A stretch of DNA of 64,000 nt from Eledone cirrhosa (Eukaryota): the NCBI GenBank assembly GCA_964016885.1, contig OZ024740.1, positions 195,424,001-195,488,000 of the forward strand, written 5' to 3'. Positions 30,877-43,513 of this stretch are shown piece by piece; positions within the stretch are counted from its first letter, which is position 1; each line of letters opens with the position of its first letter. The position numbers and the translations under genes are program-made. The notes beneath the pieces are model-generated. The model searched no databases, was not told where the DNA came from, and saw nothing but the letters and a program-made list of their open reading frames with translations.

Positions 30877-30912
30877 TCTTAACGTTTCGGACGCTAGTCC
30901 TTCATCAGAAGA
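30877..30912 (-). ncRNA. Minimal type-I hammerhead ribozyme (orphan)
   Basis: Minus strand: TCTT-CTGATGA-A-GGAC tagc GTCC-GAAA-CG-TT-AAGA. Palindromic AACGTT stem III, typical of Penelope-associated minimal hammerheads. Confidence 0.8.
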
Positions 30913-32117
30913 AAGAATGTGAAATAAAATAGATTAAGGGGACGGGCGGGATGGAATTGGTAAAAAAGTCTTTAGATAAAAATAATAGGTCCATTCATGT
31001 TGACATCTCTTGCAAATATATGCATATATATAGGTGTGTGTGTATATATCTTGGTGGTAAGAAACTCTCAACAAAGCTGGACAACAGAAGGTCTTCATAT
31101 ATATATATATATATGCCTCTGAAATACAGCATAATAGGAAATAAAATGGAGTTGAAAAATAAAAGCTTCTTCTTCCCTTATTATATATATATACACACAC
31201 GCATCGTTTTCTAGTACCCAACATATACATGGTTCGATTCCCATAAATGATTCTGTTCACTTTTTTTCCTTCTTATTATGAGGCTGTAAATGTGTTATTG
31301 AAGTATATCTCACATAACTTAATTTTCTTCCTTGCTACTTGGGTTTCACGGCAATGCAATCTGAAGAATGCAGTGATGTGAGACTCTAGTTGCAAGTAAA
31401 TTCAGTTTATATAAAACACACACATGCATACATACATATATGTACACAGATATACATGTACACAAGCAAATGTATAAATATACACATGCATACATACTTC
31501 CATACATATATTTACACAGATATACATGTACACAAGCAAATGTATAAATATACACATGCATACATACATACTTCCATACATACAGGCATCTATATATATG
31601 TACACAGATAAAGAGATAGATATGTATTCCACATGTACACATGCAAATGTATAAATATATGCATACACACAGACACACACACATGTACCTGTATGAATAC
31701 ACATTCACTAGTATATAGGCATATGTATGCACATGTAGTATATATATGCATGACTATGTTTATGCACATGCATCTTTCTACTCGCTCTTTCAAGATGCAA
31801 GTTCTTACTCATCCAGTTGTGTAGGTGAATCCTTACTTGAAAGCTAGCAAAGGAATTTTTAATGGCTGCAAAGTAAACAATGACTGGCATCTAGAAGTGG
31901 CTTTGAGCGACAGTAGAAGAACTAAATGCTATCTCAAAAAGCTTTCTTTCCTCCAACTTTGAATACAAAATAAAAAAAATAGTGAGTGGCTTTCTAAAAG
32001 TTGTCATGCTGGTTTCAAGCTGCATGATCACTATTTTCTCATCAGAGACAGACATGTCACAAGAGAAATATTCCATTATTATTAATATTATTATTATTAT
32101 TAATAATAATAATAATA

Positions 32118-32156
<39 letters not shown>

Positions 32157-32354
32157 GTATTTTCTGCTTTCACATCTTTTTTTTTTTCCTTTACATTTTT
32201 GTGTCTTTCTCATTTAAATTGTTTGATTTTTTTTTTATTTTTGACCAATCTGACAGTAACAACAATAACAACTTTTTTAATGTAGAAAAAAACATGAAAT
32301 TAAAATATGCTCCCTTCTCCATCACCCTCTCCCCAATGCACACACACACACACA

Positions 32355-32389
<35 letters not shown>

Positions 32390-33009
32390 CAATAATGAGA
32401 GAATGATTTTGAATGAAATCAGAAGTAAAATATTGAGTGGAAATAAACACAAAACACACACCATCTCACTTACATACACACAAATATACCACATAACACA
32501 GAGACATAGACACACACACCACACCACAAATCTTACATATATACATTATAGATCTGTTATACACACCCCACATCACAGATCTAAGACATATACACACAGA
32601 CATACACATACACACCACACAAATAAAAAAAATATCAAACCAAACAACACTAACATGCAAAAGTGAATATATAAGATACTAGTGAGCATTGAGAATAGAA
32701 TCTGAATGTCCCCTTATATTCATACACAGACACATATATAGATGCATGCATAGATACATACACAGACTCATACACATAGATGCACGTACACATATACACA
32801 TTCATACACCCATACATACTGCCATATATTTATATATGTACACATACATACAACCATATATATATACATACACACATACATACACATAGACACCTATATA
32901 TATAGATATACACAACTATATATATAGATATACAGGTACAATCATATATATATATATACACAAACATATACACATAACTATATATATACACACGCACAGA
33001 CACGTACAA

Positions 33010-33050
<41 letters not shown>

Positions 33051-33261
33051 TTATATACATATATATATACATTATATTTATATACATATATATATACACA
33101 CACATATACACACACCACTTTATACATTCATAAATACATACATGCATGCATGCATGCAATCAAAATACTTTTTGTAACATAGATGGGGAGTGCACTGTGT
33201 TAACATGGACAACATACAAGTTATTTGCATGGCTTCAAAAGAAAAATATACATACATAGAA

Positions 33262-33316
<55 letters not shown>

Positions 33317-33449
33317 GGGGAATATTGGCAAAAATTGAATTGGCAGTGATGATGCAATCTAAACAAATATACAGCACCACCCCACACATCTACTACCTCA
33401 CCACAAGACCCCCATTTCATTTTTCGTTTACTTCTTAATTTTCCATTAT

Positions 33450-33686
33450 TGTTGTTGTTGTTGTGGTGGTGGTGGTGGTGGTGGTAGTGCTGTGGTGGTG
33501 GTGGTTATGTGGTGTTGGTGGTGGTGGTGGTGGTGGTGGTGGCATGGTGTGGTGATGGTGGCATGGCGTGGTAGTGGTGGTGGTGGTCCTGGTGGTGGTG
33601 GTGGTGGTTAGCAGTGGTGGTGGTGACATGGCTTGGTGGTGGTGGTGGTTGTCGTGTGGTGGTGTGGTGTAGTGGCAGTGGTGGTA
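33450..33686. repeat. Degenerate (GGT)n microsatellite
   Basis: Direct reading. A similar tract lies at 62350-62530. Confidence 0.9.
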
Positions 33687-36600
33687 AGTAAATATAAGGT
33701 CTACAATGTATTGAAAGAAAGACAACAACAAAAAAAAAACAACAGGAAGTAAGAAATTGAAATAGGATGACAATGACAATGATGATGATAATGATGACAG
33801 TGATGATGATGATGATGACAAACACAATACTGATGATGATGATGATGAATAAATGAATAAATAAATGAAATAGCTCTTAAAAGTATGTAAAAAAAAATGT
33901 CTTAAATGTGTGTGTACACATGTATGTGCTCATGTGTGAGTGCATACGTGTGTGTATGAATACATGTGTATCTATGTATGTTCACTCATGTATGTGTATG
34001 TATGCACTCATATGTATGTATGCACACGTTTGTGTATGTGTGTGTGTGTGTGCGCGCGCATGTGTGTATGTATGTGTATGTGTCCAGTTAGGAAAGAAGC
34101 AGGAATTTACAATGCAAAATGCATTTATTGCTACTGTCTTCAATGAAATGTATTTTGTTTGCAGAAGCAATTCCTTGGGGTGATGATGTCTTGGAGGATA
34201 AATGGGTTGAAGAGAGTGGGGAGTATAAAAACAAAATATTTTACAAAAAGGAGGAAGAAAACAGTAAAATTTAGAAGGAGTAGTTAAAAATTTCCCCAAG
34301 GATGAACTGGGACAAGTAAAGAATTGTTAAAAAGATGAGCAATGGAAGCATATATTTGTAAATACAAAATTTATTTCAAATATATTTTTTTTAAATTATA
34401 AATCAAATATTAGAATAGAAAAATATATGAAACATTTTATAGGCAGCAATTTGACAGGATCATTAGAATATCAGAGAAAATGGCTTCAGGGACTTATTTC
34501 AGCTCCTGACAATCTGAGGTCAAATTCCTTTGTTGTCAGCTTTGCCCTTCATCTTCTGGGGGTCAACAAATAAGGTAACAATCTTGACAAGTGGACTGCC
34601 AAGACCAGAGAGGTTCTGGCTCTTTGTATTCTGAGTTTAAATTCTGCCATAGCTTATATGGGTAGTAAACTTAATCCATCATTCAGTTTAACACCACCAC
34701 ATGCCTCTTGAGTACCTTTAGCAGAGTTTGCTTTGCTGCAAGCATCTACACCAGGTCTTTGGTTTGAGGATACTTTCCTCCCTCCCACCAGTATTAGAGC
34801 CTGTAAAAGGGTCATAGGACAGCCCTTCTTGCTGGCTGATAAAATATGTAATGGTGCTGGAGTAGCAAAGTGGTATAGTGAATATGGTGTTTCACAATGA
34901 ACTCATAGATTGGTAAGTTCAAAATCTCTTGTAGCTCTTATATTGTCTTCATATGTGGAATACTTTAATGATCCACTGGTTCTATTCACCTAGCCTGCTG
35001 TGGTTGCTGATGTGTGTGGTTTAGCCCCAGGATATCTCTCTTCAAGCAGACCTATAGTCAAAAGCACTCTAAGAGCCTTGACGTGTGTTTAGAACAATAT
35101 TATCCAATATGTTGTTTTTTTTAATGAAAACTGTAGAATTATGGTTAAACAGGATATTGGCTATTATTTCTAGTCTATGTAGGAACCAACTCATAGGCGA
35201 CCCTAGAGAAAGACCTGTTCAAATATTTACCAATCAACTCGCAGACAATACAAACCTCAGAAAGGAGAAATGGAAAATTGTGAATTATGTAAAAGACTTT
35301 GTCAGGAATGTTTGACTGTGGTTGCAATGAAGATGGTGAGGAGCAGGCTATTGTGAGCAGCGGTGGTAGTGAGGGCAGCTGTGTTAGTCTATGTTGTTGT
35401 TGTAGTTGTGACAATGTTTGCAACCTTTCTGATAACAGCGATGATAATGATCTTGATAATGATGGTAATAGTAACAATAGTGATGCCCCCCAACACCTAA
35501 GAATCAACAACATCAATAACAACAACCTTCAAGTAAAGTCTATAGTTATCATAGAACTTAGCTCATGTAAGATGCCAGGCAGCTACTTAAACCCTTTTGG
35601 ATCCCTATTTATAATGAAATACTTTGTACAAGATCAATAAATTTTTTAAATAATCAGTAATTTAGAAAATAAATAAAATCTTCATTATTAAGTTATTATT
35701 TGGAACAAATCTTAAAAGATAAATATAAACACTATACAATTAAGAGTTTTATAGTATAAAATCCAGAAGTAATTTCAGGTGTGTTGATATAAAAAAATGT
35801 TAATTAACTTGCCCTAGACCTTATAATCCTATAAATTATTTGCCTGAAGAATCTATGAATACTAAAAAAAGAAAATAAGAAGAAAAAAACATTTTATAAC
35901 CATGAAAAAAACAATAAAAAAAGGTCTAGAAAAAAAAATTGAAAAAAAAAATGTTTAATCGATAGTGTTGTTGTTTAGTCCTTAATTGAACAGTCTTATT
36001 TTCCACGCTTGCATAGCTTAGACAGATTGACAAGAACTGAGGTTAGTCAGATGACCATGTCTTCCTCGTATGTGCCATTTTTGGCTTGGATGACCTTAAC
36101 AGCAACCACTTTATAGTATGCAACCATGGCAAATGGACATTAAACGACGATGATGATGAACTGGGAGCATAATTTCTATGACTGGATGCCTTTCCACACA
36201 CCAACCACTTTACAGTGTGTACTAGGAACATTTTATTGTGACTCTGGCACTACCGCCTTACAGTGTAACACTGGGGAGAAGCATTGATGGGAAAAGAAGC
36301 ATTGGATCATGAAGGTCTAGCAGTATATTGTGATGCATTCCTGGCTTTTCATGCTGGCATGGGCTGGACAAGGGAAGAGAATCAGGGATGTGGATAGAAG
36401 TATGGAGTATATCTTTCTTTCTTCCATGTTGACATTAGAAAACTTTGGGAGTGATGACTCGACACAAATACAATGAGAAAATAAAATATGAAAATTATTA
36501 TTCATCCCCAGGTTCAAGCATACACTTTCCTATCTTATAATTTTATTATTTTTGTTTTAGATTACATAATCCTATGTGTTCTTCCAGTTTTAAAACAGTA

Positions 36601-37419
36601 CAGCGAGATTTGAAGAAGATCTAGTTTCTATTTCTAGCAGGTTGAAGAACAACAGAAGTTCTCTGACATAAAATGTAAGGTTAAAAGGGTATGTGTGATT
36701 GGGAATGGAATGTTTTAAATGGAATTATGAAATATCGATTTTTTTTCTTCATTTGTTTAATTACTAATGTTAATTAACTAAACACAAGATTCATTTTGTA
36801 AGGAGACTTAATTTCATGGTAATGTAGTTTATGCTCGTAAAATAAACTTACATGTTTAAAATGTAAACAGGAGAAAGACAGAGTGGAATGATGAAGAGTG
36901 TCTGCTGAGAGTTCATAGCCAAATAGATATATAGACTATATAAAGCTGCTGAAGCAAACGAAAAGAGAAGTACAGATATGTGTGAAATGTTGGTGAAATA
37001 AAGAATTGCTGATGCTAACAACATGTATACTTGATAAACTAGAGCGCAAAGATTCAAGGAATTGAGTACTAGGCATTGATAATGTCAGAGAACAAGTACA
37101 TGTCAGGGAGGAATATATAACCATCATCATCATCATTTTACGTTTGCTTTCCATGCTGGCATGGGTTAAAGACTGGATGAGTTGGAGAACCTCATCTCAC
37201 TCATACATTCTATATTCAGTGCAGTTAACCTGCTCACATTACCACCTCCTCTTTCAAGTAAGACTGCAGGTTTCAATAAAATGCACATTTTTTTAACTGA
37301 ATACAGGTCTATGAAAGCTTAAAAATGGTCAATAAATTCACATATTTTGCTTCTTACAGAAATGTCACTGAGAAAGTGAAGGAAAATTCCAGTTGCATAC
37401 AGTTTCAACTGAAAGGCAA

Positions 37420-37950
37420 ATTCAACTCTGTGATAGGAATTATCTAACACAATGCTAGAAAAATACTTTAAAACAACAAAAGGTTTCTCCCTACACATAA
37501 AGGGGCTGGCTGTATGATGCCTGTGTGTGAAACATGGGCAGTGACAGCAGAGGACATGAGTAGACTGGAGAGAAATGAAGCAACCAAACTTTGTTGAATA
37601 TGCAACATAAATGTGAGAGAAAGGCAAATCTTGCATGAACTAAGGGAGAAACTGTGTTTAAGAGGAATCTGAAGTAGTGTGCAGGAGAGAAGATGGTGTT
37701 GGTATGGACATGTGATGCACATGGATGATGATCGCTGGGTGAAGTGGCAGGAAATCCCAGAGAAAGGAAGCTACAATAGAGGTAGACCAAGGAAAACCTG
37801 GGCAGAGGTGGTGAAAGCTGATCTCAAATCACTGAGACGCACAGAGATGACAAAGGAATGTGGCAAGTGGAGAGATGTTGTGATGAAAAAGACCCATCCA
37901 ACCTATTCAAGTTTGGAAAAACAGATGTAAACATGAGGATGATGATGATA
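37420..37950 (+). mobile_element. Old degenerate RTE 3' fragment
   Basis: QERRWCWYGHVMHMDDD...RGRPRKTWAEVVKADL, followed by a GAT-rich tail. Confidence 0.8.
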
Positions 37951-38424
37951 AGAATTCATTATATTTTAGAGTTAACTTTGCCTTTCATCCTTATGGGGTC
38001 GATAAAATAAAGTACCAGTAATGTACTGGTTAATTACTGGTCTTGTGCCAAAAGTAGAAACAATTATATTTTAGATATGTGGCAAATATTTTGTCCTTAA
38101 CAATGGCTTATCATCATCATCTGACATCTGTTTTCCCCGTTAACAAGGGAAATAAAAAACAAAAGAGTGTACATGAGAGGAGAGTTTTCTTAACTATGAA
38201 ATGCGAGAAATTCTTTTCTAACAATTCTAAACTTTTAGCGAAATTGTTTCAAAAAGCTGATAATCTTCAGTTCATCTAAAAATGTTGATTTGTTCAGAAT
38301 TGTTGCTCAACAAGCAAACTAGATGGTGGTCTGGTCGAGTTTGATTAAGTAATTACCCAAAATTAATTAGTTTTGTAATCAGTAACTTTTTGCAGTGTCA
38401 ATTGAAGTGTTTGGGAGTAAACAT

Positions 38425-38610
38425 GTGGATTGGCAGTATCAGTAGAGGGTCGGATGCCATGCTTTCCAGCATAGTTACGTCCCTTTATGATCTGAGTTCA
38501 AATCCCGCCGAGGTTGACTTTGCCTTTCATCCTTACAGGGTCGATAAAATAAAGTACCAGTAATGCACTGGGTAATTGCTGGCCTTGTGCCTAAAGTAGA
38601 GACAATTATT
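38425..38610 (+). mobile_element. tRNA-derived SINE (GCCGAGGTTGACTTTGCCTTTCATCC family)
   Basis: B-box-like GAGTTCAAATCC, then a body repeated at ~37968-38070, 53330-53835 and 57700-57845. Confidence 0.75.
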
Positions 38611-38774
38611 CTTAATTTTTCTGTCTGGATTCTAAAATGAACAAATTGCAGAAATAAGTCATTTATCCTATGACCTTCTTGAGAAAATGTGCCTCTATGC
38701 AAAACTTCAGCAACCTTAGTATAAAACTGTGCTCTACAAATTGGAACATACATAAATACATTTACTTTTATATA

Positions 38775-39217
38775 TTAACCCTTTAGCATTTAAACCAGCC
38801 GTATCTGGCCAGAATTCTCTCACCTCTTTCTGTTCAAACTGTCTGTAACTGGCCACCCATACTGATATTAACTCTTTAGCATTCAAACCGGCTGTATCCG
38901 GCCAGATCTCTCTCACTTCTTTCTGTTAAAACCAGCTGTAACTGGCTGCTCACACCTACATTAAGGTATTGTTCTCAAAATAAATAACATCAAAATCTCA
39001 TAGATTCGATTTTACGTGAGATAATTATGTAAGATAACGCCTTTACTGTGAAAATACAATAGTAGATATAAAATAATGTAAATGCTAAAGGGTTAAGGTA
39101 TGGTTCACAAAATATGGTTCATAGATTCGATATTATGTGAGATAATTATGTACGATAACGCCTTTATCATGAAAATACAATAGTAAATATTGAGTAATGT
39201 AAATGCTAAAGGGTTAA
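38775..39217. mobile_element. piggyBac-like TTAA MITE containing a nested copy of the same family (38868-39096)
   Basis: Termini TTAA-CCCTTTAGCATTTA ... TAAATGCTAAAGGG-TTAA. Two left ends and two right ends. Confidence 0.8.
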
Positions 39218-41692
39218 GATCTCATCAGTATGTCAAATGTCAATGGAGTAGCAAAAATAGTAGAACAACAGACTTCATGCTTTACAGAATTCAATTTTGT
39301 TTTCTATATATATTCCAAATTTAAATCTCACTAATGTAGAATTTGCTTTTTAATCATCTGGGGTTTATGAAAGAAGTATCAGGTATCAACTAGGACTAAA
39401 ATTCAATTAACTGCGCCAGTGTGCCCTTTATAAAATGTGACCTTCTGCCAAACCTGAAAAATCAATATGTAATAGGCTGATGGCTTAGTGAATAGTTTTA
39501 ATATCCAAACTGACATGCTGTCAATTACTTTCTGAAGAAATATTTGTAGTATTTTATTTTGAGGAGAACTGAAACTGTTTCAATGCAACACTTTCAACTT
39601 GATTTGACAATGATTCTACTAGATATGTACAAACCTTAACAGATATCATACAATAGCTTATAATTATCAAAAAGTGTGGGTTAAGGAAGATTTCTTCTTT
39701 TTTCTTCTTCTTTTTTTTCAGCCTTTCTATTTTCCAAAGTAGTAGTTGACAGCACTTATAATGGCTACAACATTTTAATGTTCTAGCTTTGACCCCTCAG
39801 AATTTATCTTAAACCTGCTATATCTGTCACAAAATTTATATTATTTGTTCAAACCAGCCAGTTCTGACCTTGGTGAGATATGACCTTTCATCAAAGAAAT
39901 TCCACACTATCAAATCAAACACCAAGACAGCCACTACATGGTTGTACAACCTGCAAGAAAAAGTAACTAAATCTCACTCAAATCCACTTTCAAAAATGAA
40001 AGACATATTCAATAGTATAGTCTGAAATATACTATAGAAGCAGCAAATTGTCAGATTTAAGAGTACGTCACATAGAATATTTAATGGTGCTGGTTCTGAC
40101 TCTCTACACTCTGAATTCAAATCCCTCTAGAATCAACTTTTCTTGTCAACCTTTCAGGGTCAATAAATAAAGTATTAATCTAATACTGAAACAATTCTTC
40201 TTTCTTTCTACTTCACTGTCTTGGGACAAAATTGGTTGGGATAAGATTGGAAAAAAGATAGGTTCCACAATGTCTGAGGCACACAGCATGTCAAGGCACC
40301 ACCCCAACAACAGTATCAAGAGTTGAAGGGTCAAGGAAAGAAAGGAAGAAAAAGGTTGTTGTTGTTCAAAAGTTTTATGACTGAAGTTAAACAACATCAA
40401 TGACAACAATACAAGAAATCATGTTTGATCATGCTGCTACCACGATAAAAAGCACCCAGTTCATGCTGTAATGTGGTTGGCATTAGGAAGAGGATCTAGC
40501 CATAGAAACCAAGATAGAAACAGTTCCATGTGAGCAAAACACAGTCACTTGATGTGACTTGTCTCACAACTTGATAACCCATCTAACCCATGAAAGCATG
40601 GAAAATAGACATTAAATGATGATGATAATGATGGTGATGATATATTCATCGATGCAGGGTTGTTCAATTCTTTGAGAACATGTCTTTTGATAGCTCTAAC
40701 TTTTTTCTAATGTGTTCTGATTATCAATTCTTTTCAAATAAATGATGACAGGCATCAAACTAACTCAGCAAACACTGTAATCATTGCCTTAATGAAAGAG
40801 TATAGCAATTTAGAGACTGCTTGCTTCCTGAGAGTTGTGCAGTAATTTTTTGTTTGAGTTTGAAGAGAGCCGGAAGTTTCTGACAGGGACTCTACAACAA
40901 CAGCCTCACTTGGTCTGTATAGGTAGACCTGTCCAATCCTTGCTAGCAGGGAAAGTGGACATTAAAATGATGATGATGATGATATATGTATTGATGATAT
41001 ATATGTGTTAGTGTCTGTGTTTATATTAGTGGTTCAAGAAAAATAAGTACCAAACTTGAAAAAGTAAGTAGTGGGGTCGATATGATCGACTAAATCAAGG
41101 CAGTGCCCCAGCATGGTCGCAGTCTACTGAAATAAGTAAAAGAATAAAATAATTGTCCAGAGCAGAGTTGTAAGAGAAAAGTCTTCTAAGAGTAAATCTT
41201 TTTAATGAGTTGAAATCATCAAAGGGAAGATTACTTTTATTTTTCCCCTTAATTATATAAATGTACAAAAACATTAATTCGATATTTGCAGCTGTTTCTA
41301 CTTGTAGTCAGAGATTGTCAAGCTGTGAGGTGTGCCGGACATGAAAGAGTTAATCACATCAGTACATGCAATGAAACCAAAGACAGTCTATATTGAAATA
41401 AGTTACATCAATCAATAACAGAAAATGGAGATGAAATATAACAAGTTAAAAACAGATTTTTCTTATTATTTCATAATCATCAACATCATTTGTGTCTGTG
41501 TGTGTGTGTGAATGTGCATGTGTACGCATATGTGTTTGTGTCTGTGAGTGTATGTGTATGCATATGTATGTGTTTGAGTCTGTATATCTTTGTGTCTATG
41601 TATGTGTTTGTGTCTTTGTATGTGTTTGTGTGTTTGTATGTGTATGTGGTTGTGTCTGTATGTGTTTATGTATTTGTATATCTGTATATATG

Positions 41693-42420
41693 TACAAGGT
41701 CTGTAGAAAGAGTATCAGACTTTATTTTTTTTCCCATGGGGATCAATGGCATTAGGAAGACAAAAGTGTGTAGAGTGGAGCCAGCTACATTCATGTACAT
41801 GCATGGCATGGTGTTTAGCAAGCTTACTAAATTATCAGTTGGTTCTAGGTAGCTAGTATGTGAGGTGCTACATTAATTACTCATCACATTTTCATTTCAG
41901 TCATATTGCCAACGTGAAGGTACATGGCCTAGTGGTATGGGTGTTAGACTTATGGTCACAATATCGTGGGTTCGATTCCTGGGCTGGGTTGTGTTCTTGA
42001 GTAAAAACATTTCATTTCACGTTGCAGCAGTATACTCAGCTGAAAATGAGTCCAGCAATAGCTGGAGGGTTAACCCTGTGATGGACTGGCAACATGCTGC
42101 TTCAGTGCATGAGGGCACACATACATATAGCTAACAAGATTCCTAACTCCCTGAATACTATGATAGCTGAAGACAAGACATGGGTGTACAGGTATGACCC
42201 AGAAACCAAAACTCACTCCTCACAATGGAAACATCCAACATCATCAAGGCCCAAAAAAGCACGCCGGGTGTTTACTTTGACTACTAGTTACAAATAGTTA
42301 CAAAAGATTACTTTCAGGAAGTCCTCTGATATTTTTGTGGTAAAGGATGGAGCAAGAGACCAGATCGATGGGCCTCACAGAACTGGCAGCTGCATCATGA
42401 CAACCGATTTATCATTGCTG
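41693..42420 (+). mobile_element. Decayed mariner transposon, interrupted by a SINE
   Basis: AEDKTWVYRYDPETKTHSSQW....RPKKAR matches the mariner TGDETWV.YDPE motif, and WQLHHDN follows at ~42385. Confidence 0.75.
41917..42095 (+). mobile_element. tRNA-derived CORE-type SINE (old)
   Basis: A box TGGCCTAGTGG, B box GGTTCGATTCC, core-like TTCTTGAGTAA...CTCAGCTG.AAATGAGT. Confidence 0.65.
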
Positions 42421-42701
42421 ATCTAAAGTTTTTTGACAAAGAAAGGTATGCTGCAGTTGCATTGAAGTGGAGAGCTTGACTTCTGCTAACTTATGTATTT
42501 TGTTATTAATTCTAGCTATGGAGGTGCGAACGTTTTCCATGTAACTGTTTATAAATGAATTGTTACAGCATAAGGAAGAAAGGACCCCTTGCCAATTGCT
42601 CTAATGGTGGGACCAAAATAATATACACCCAGTACACTCTGTAAAGAGGATAGTGTTTGGAAAGGCATTCAGCCATAGAAACCATTCCAAAATAAAAAAC
42701 T

Positions 42702-42733
<32 letters not shown>

Positions 42734-42737
<4 letters not shown>

Positions 42738-43129
42738 TCATCATCATCATCATTTCATTTTACGTCCGCTTTTCCCTGCTTGCAAGGGTGGGACGGGAAC
42801 TGATTCTGGCTTGATTTCTACAGCTGGATGCCCTTCCTAACACCAACCTCATTTACAGTGAGTGCTGGGTGGTTTTTTTCCGTGGCGCCTACACGTCCAC
42901 TTTACAGTGTGGGCTGGGTGCTTTTTTGCCGTGGCACCTCTACGACCACTTTGCAGTGGAATGATAGGGACCCCAGTCCCTATCATCTCATTTCTACAGC
43001 TGAGTAAACTGGAGCAATGTGAAATAAAGTGTCTTGCTCAAGGAAACAACACATCACCCGGTCTGAAAATTGAACTCACAACCTTTCGATTGCAAGGCCA
43101 ATGCTCTAACCACTAAGCCATGTGCCTCC
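42734..43129 (-). mobile_element. Full-length tRNA-derived CORE-type SINE with RTE-derived 3' end
   Basis: A box TGGCTTAGTGG, B box GAGTTCAATT, core CCTTGAGCAAGACACTT. The 3' part matches RTE 3' UTR 46730-46887. (GAT)n tail. Confidence 0.88.
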
Positions 43130-43137
43130 ATATATAT

Positions 43138-43424
43138 AGTTCAATTCTCAGACCGGGTGATGTGTTGTTTCCTTGAGCAAGACACTTTATTTCACATTGC
43201 TCCAGTTTACTCAGCTGTAGAAATGAGATGATAGGGACTGGGGTCCCTATCATTCCACTGCAAAGTGGTCGTGGAGGTGCCACGGCAAAAAAGCACCCAG
43301 CACTCACTGTAAATGAGGTTGGTGTTAGGAAGGGCATCCAGCTGTAGAAATCAAGCCAGAATCAGTTCCCGTCCCATCCTTGCAAGCAGGGAAAAAGCAG
43401 ACGTAAAATGAAATGATGATGAAA

Positions 43425-43427
<3 letters not shown>
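43138..43427 (+). mobile_element. 5'-truncated copy of the same SINE, head-to-head with the previous one
   Basis: Reverse complement of 42734-43078, lacking one ~45-nt internal repeat module. Confidence 0.88.
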
Positions 43428-43474
<47 letters not shown>

Positions 43475-43513
43475 TATAATTTTTCCATAATATATATATA
43501 ATATATATATAAT

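Noticed and set aside
31355-31394. Hammerhead-like CTGAAGA...GAGACTCTAGTT
   Set aside because: GAAA box mutated, stem II weak and stem I out of register. At most a dead relic.
35299-35640. 113-aa Cys/Asn/Asp-rich ORF
   Set aside because: Derived from degenerate trinucleotide repeats, with no domain signature.
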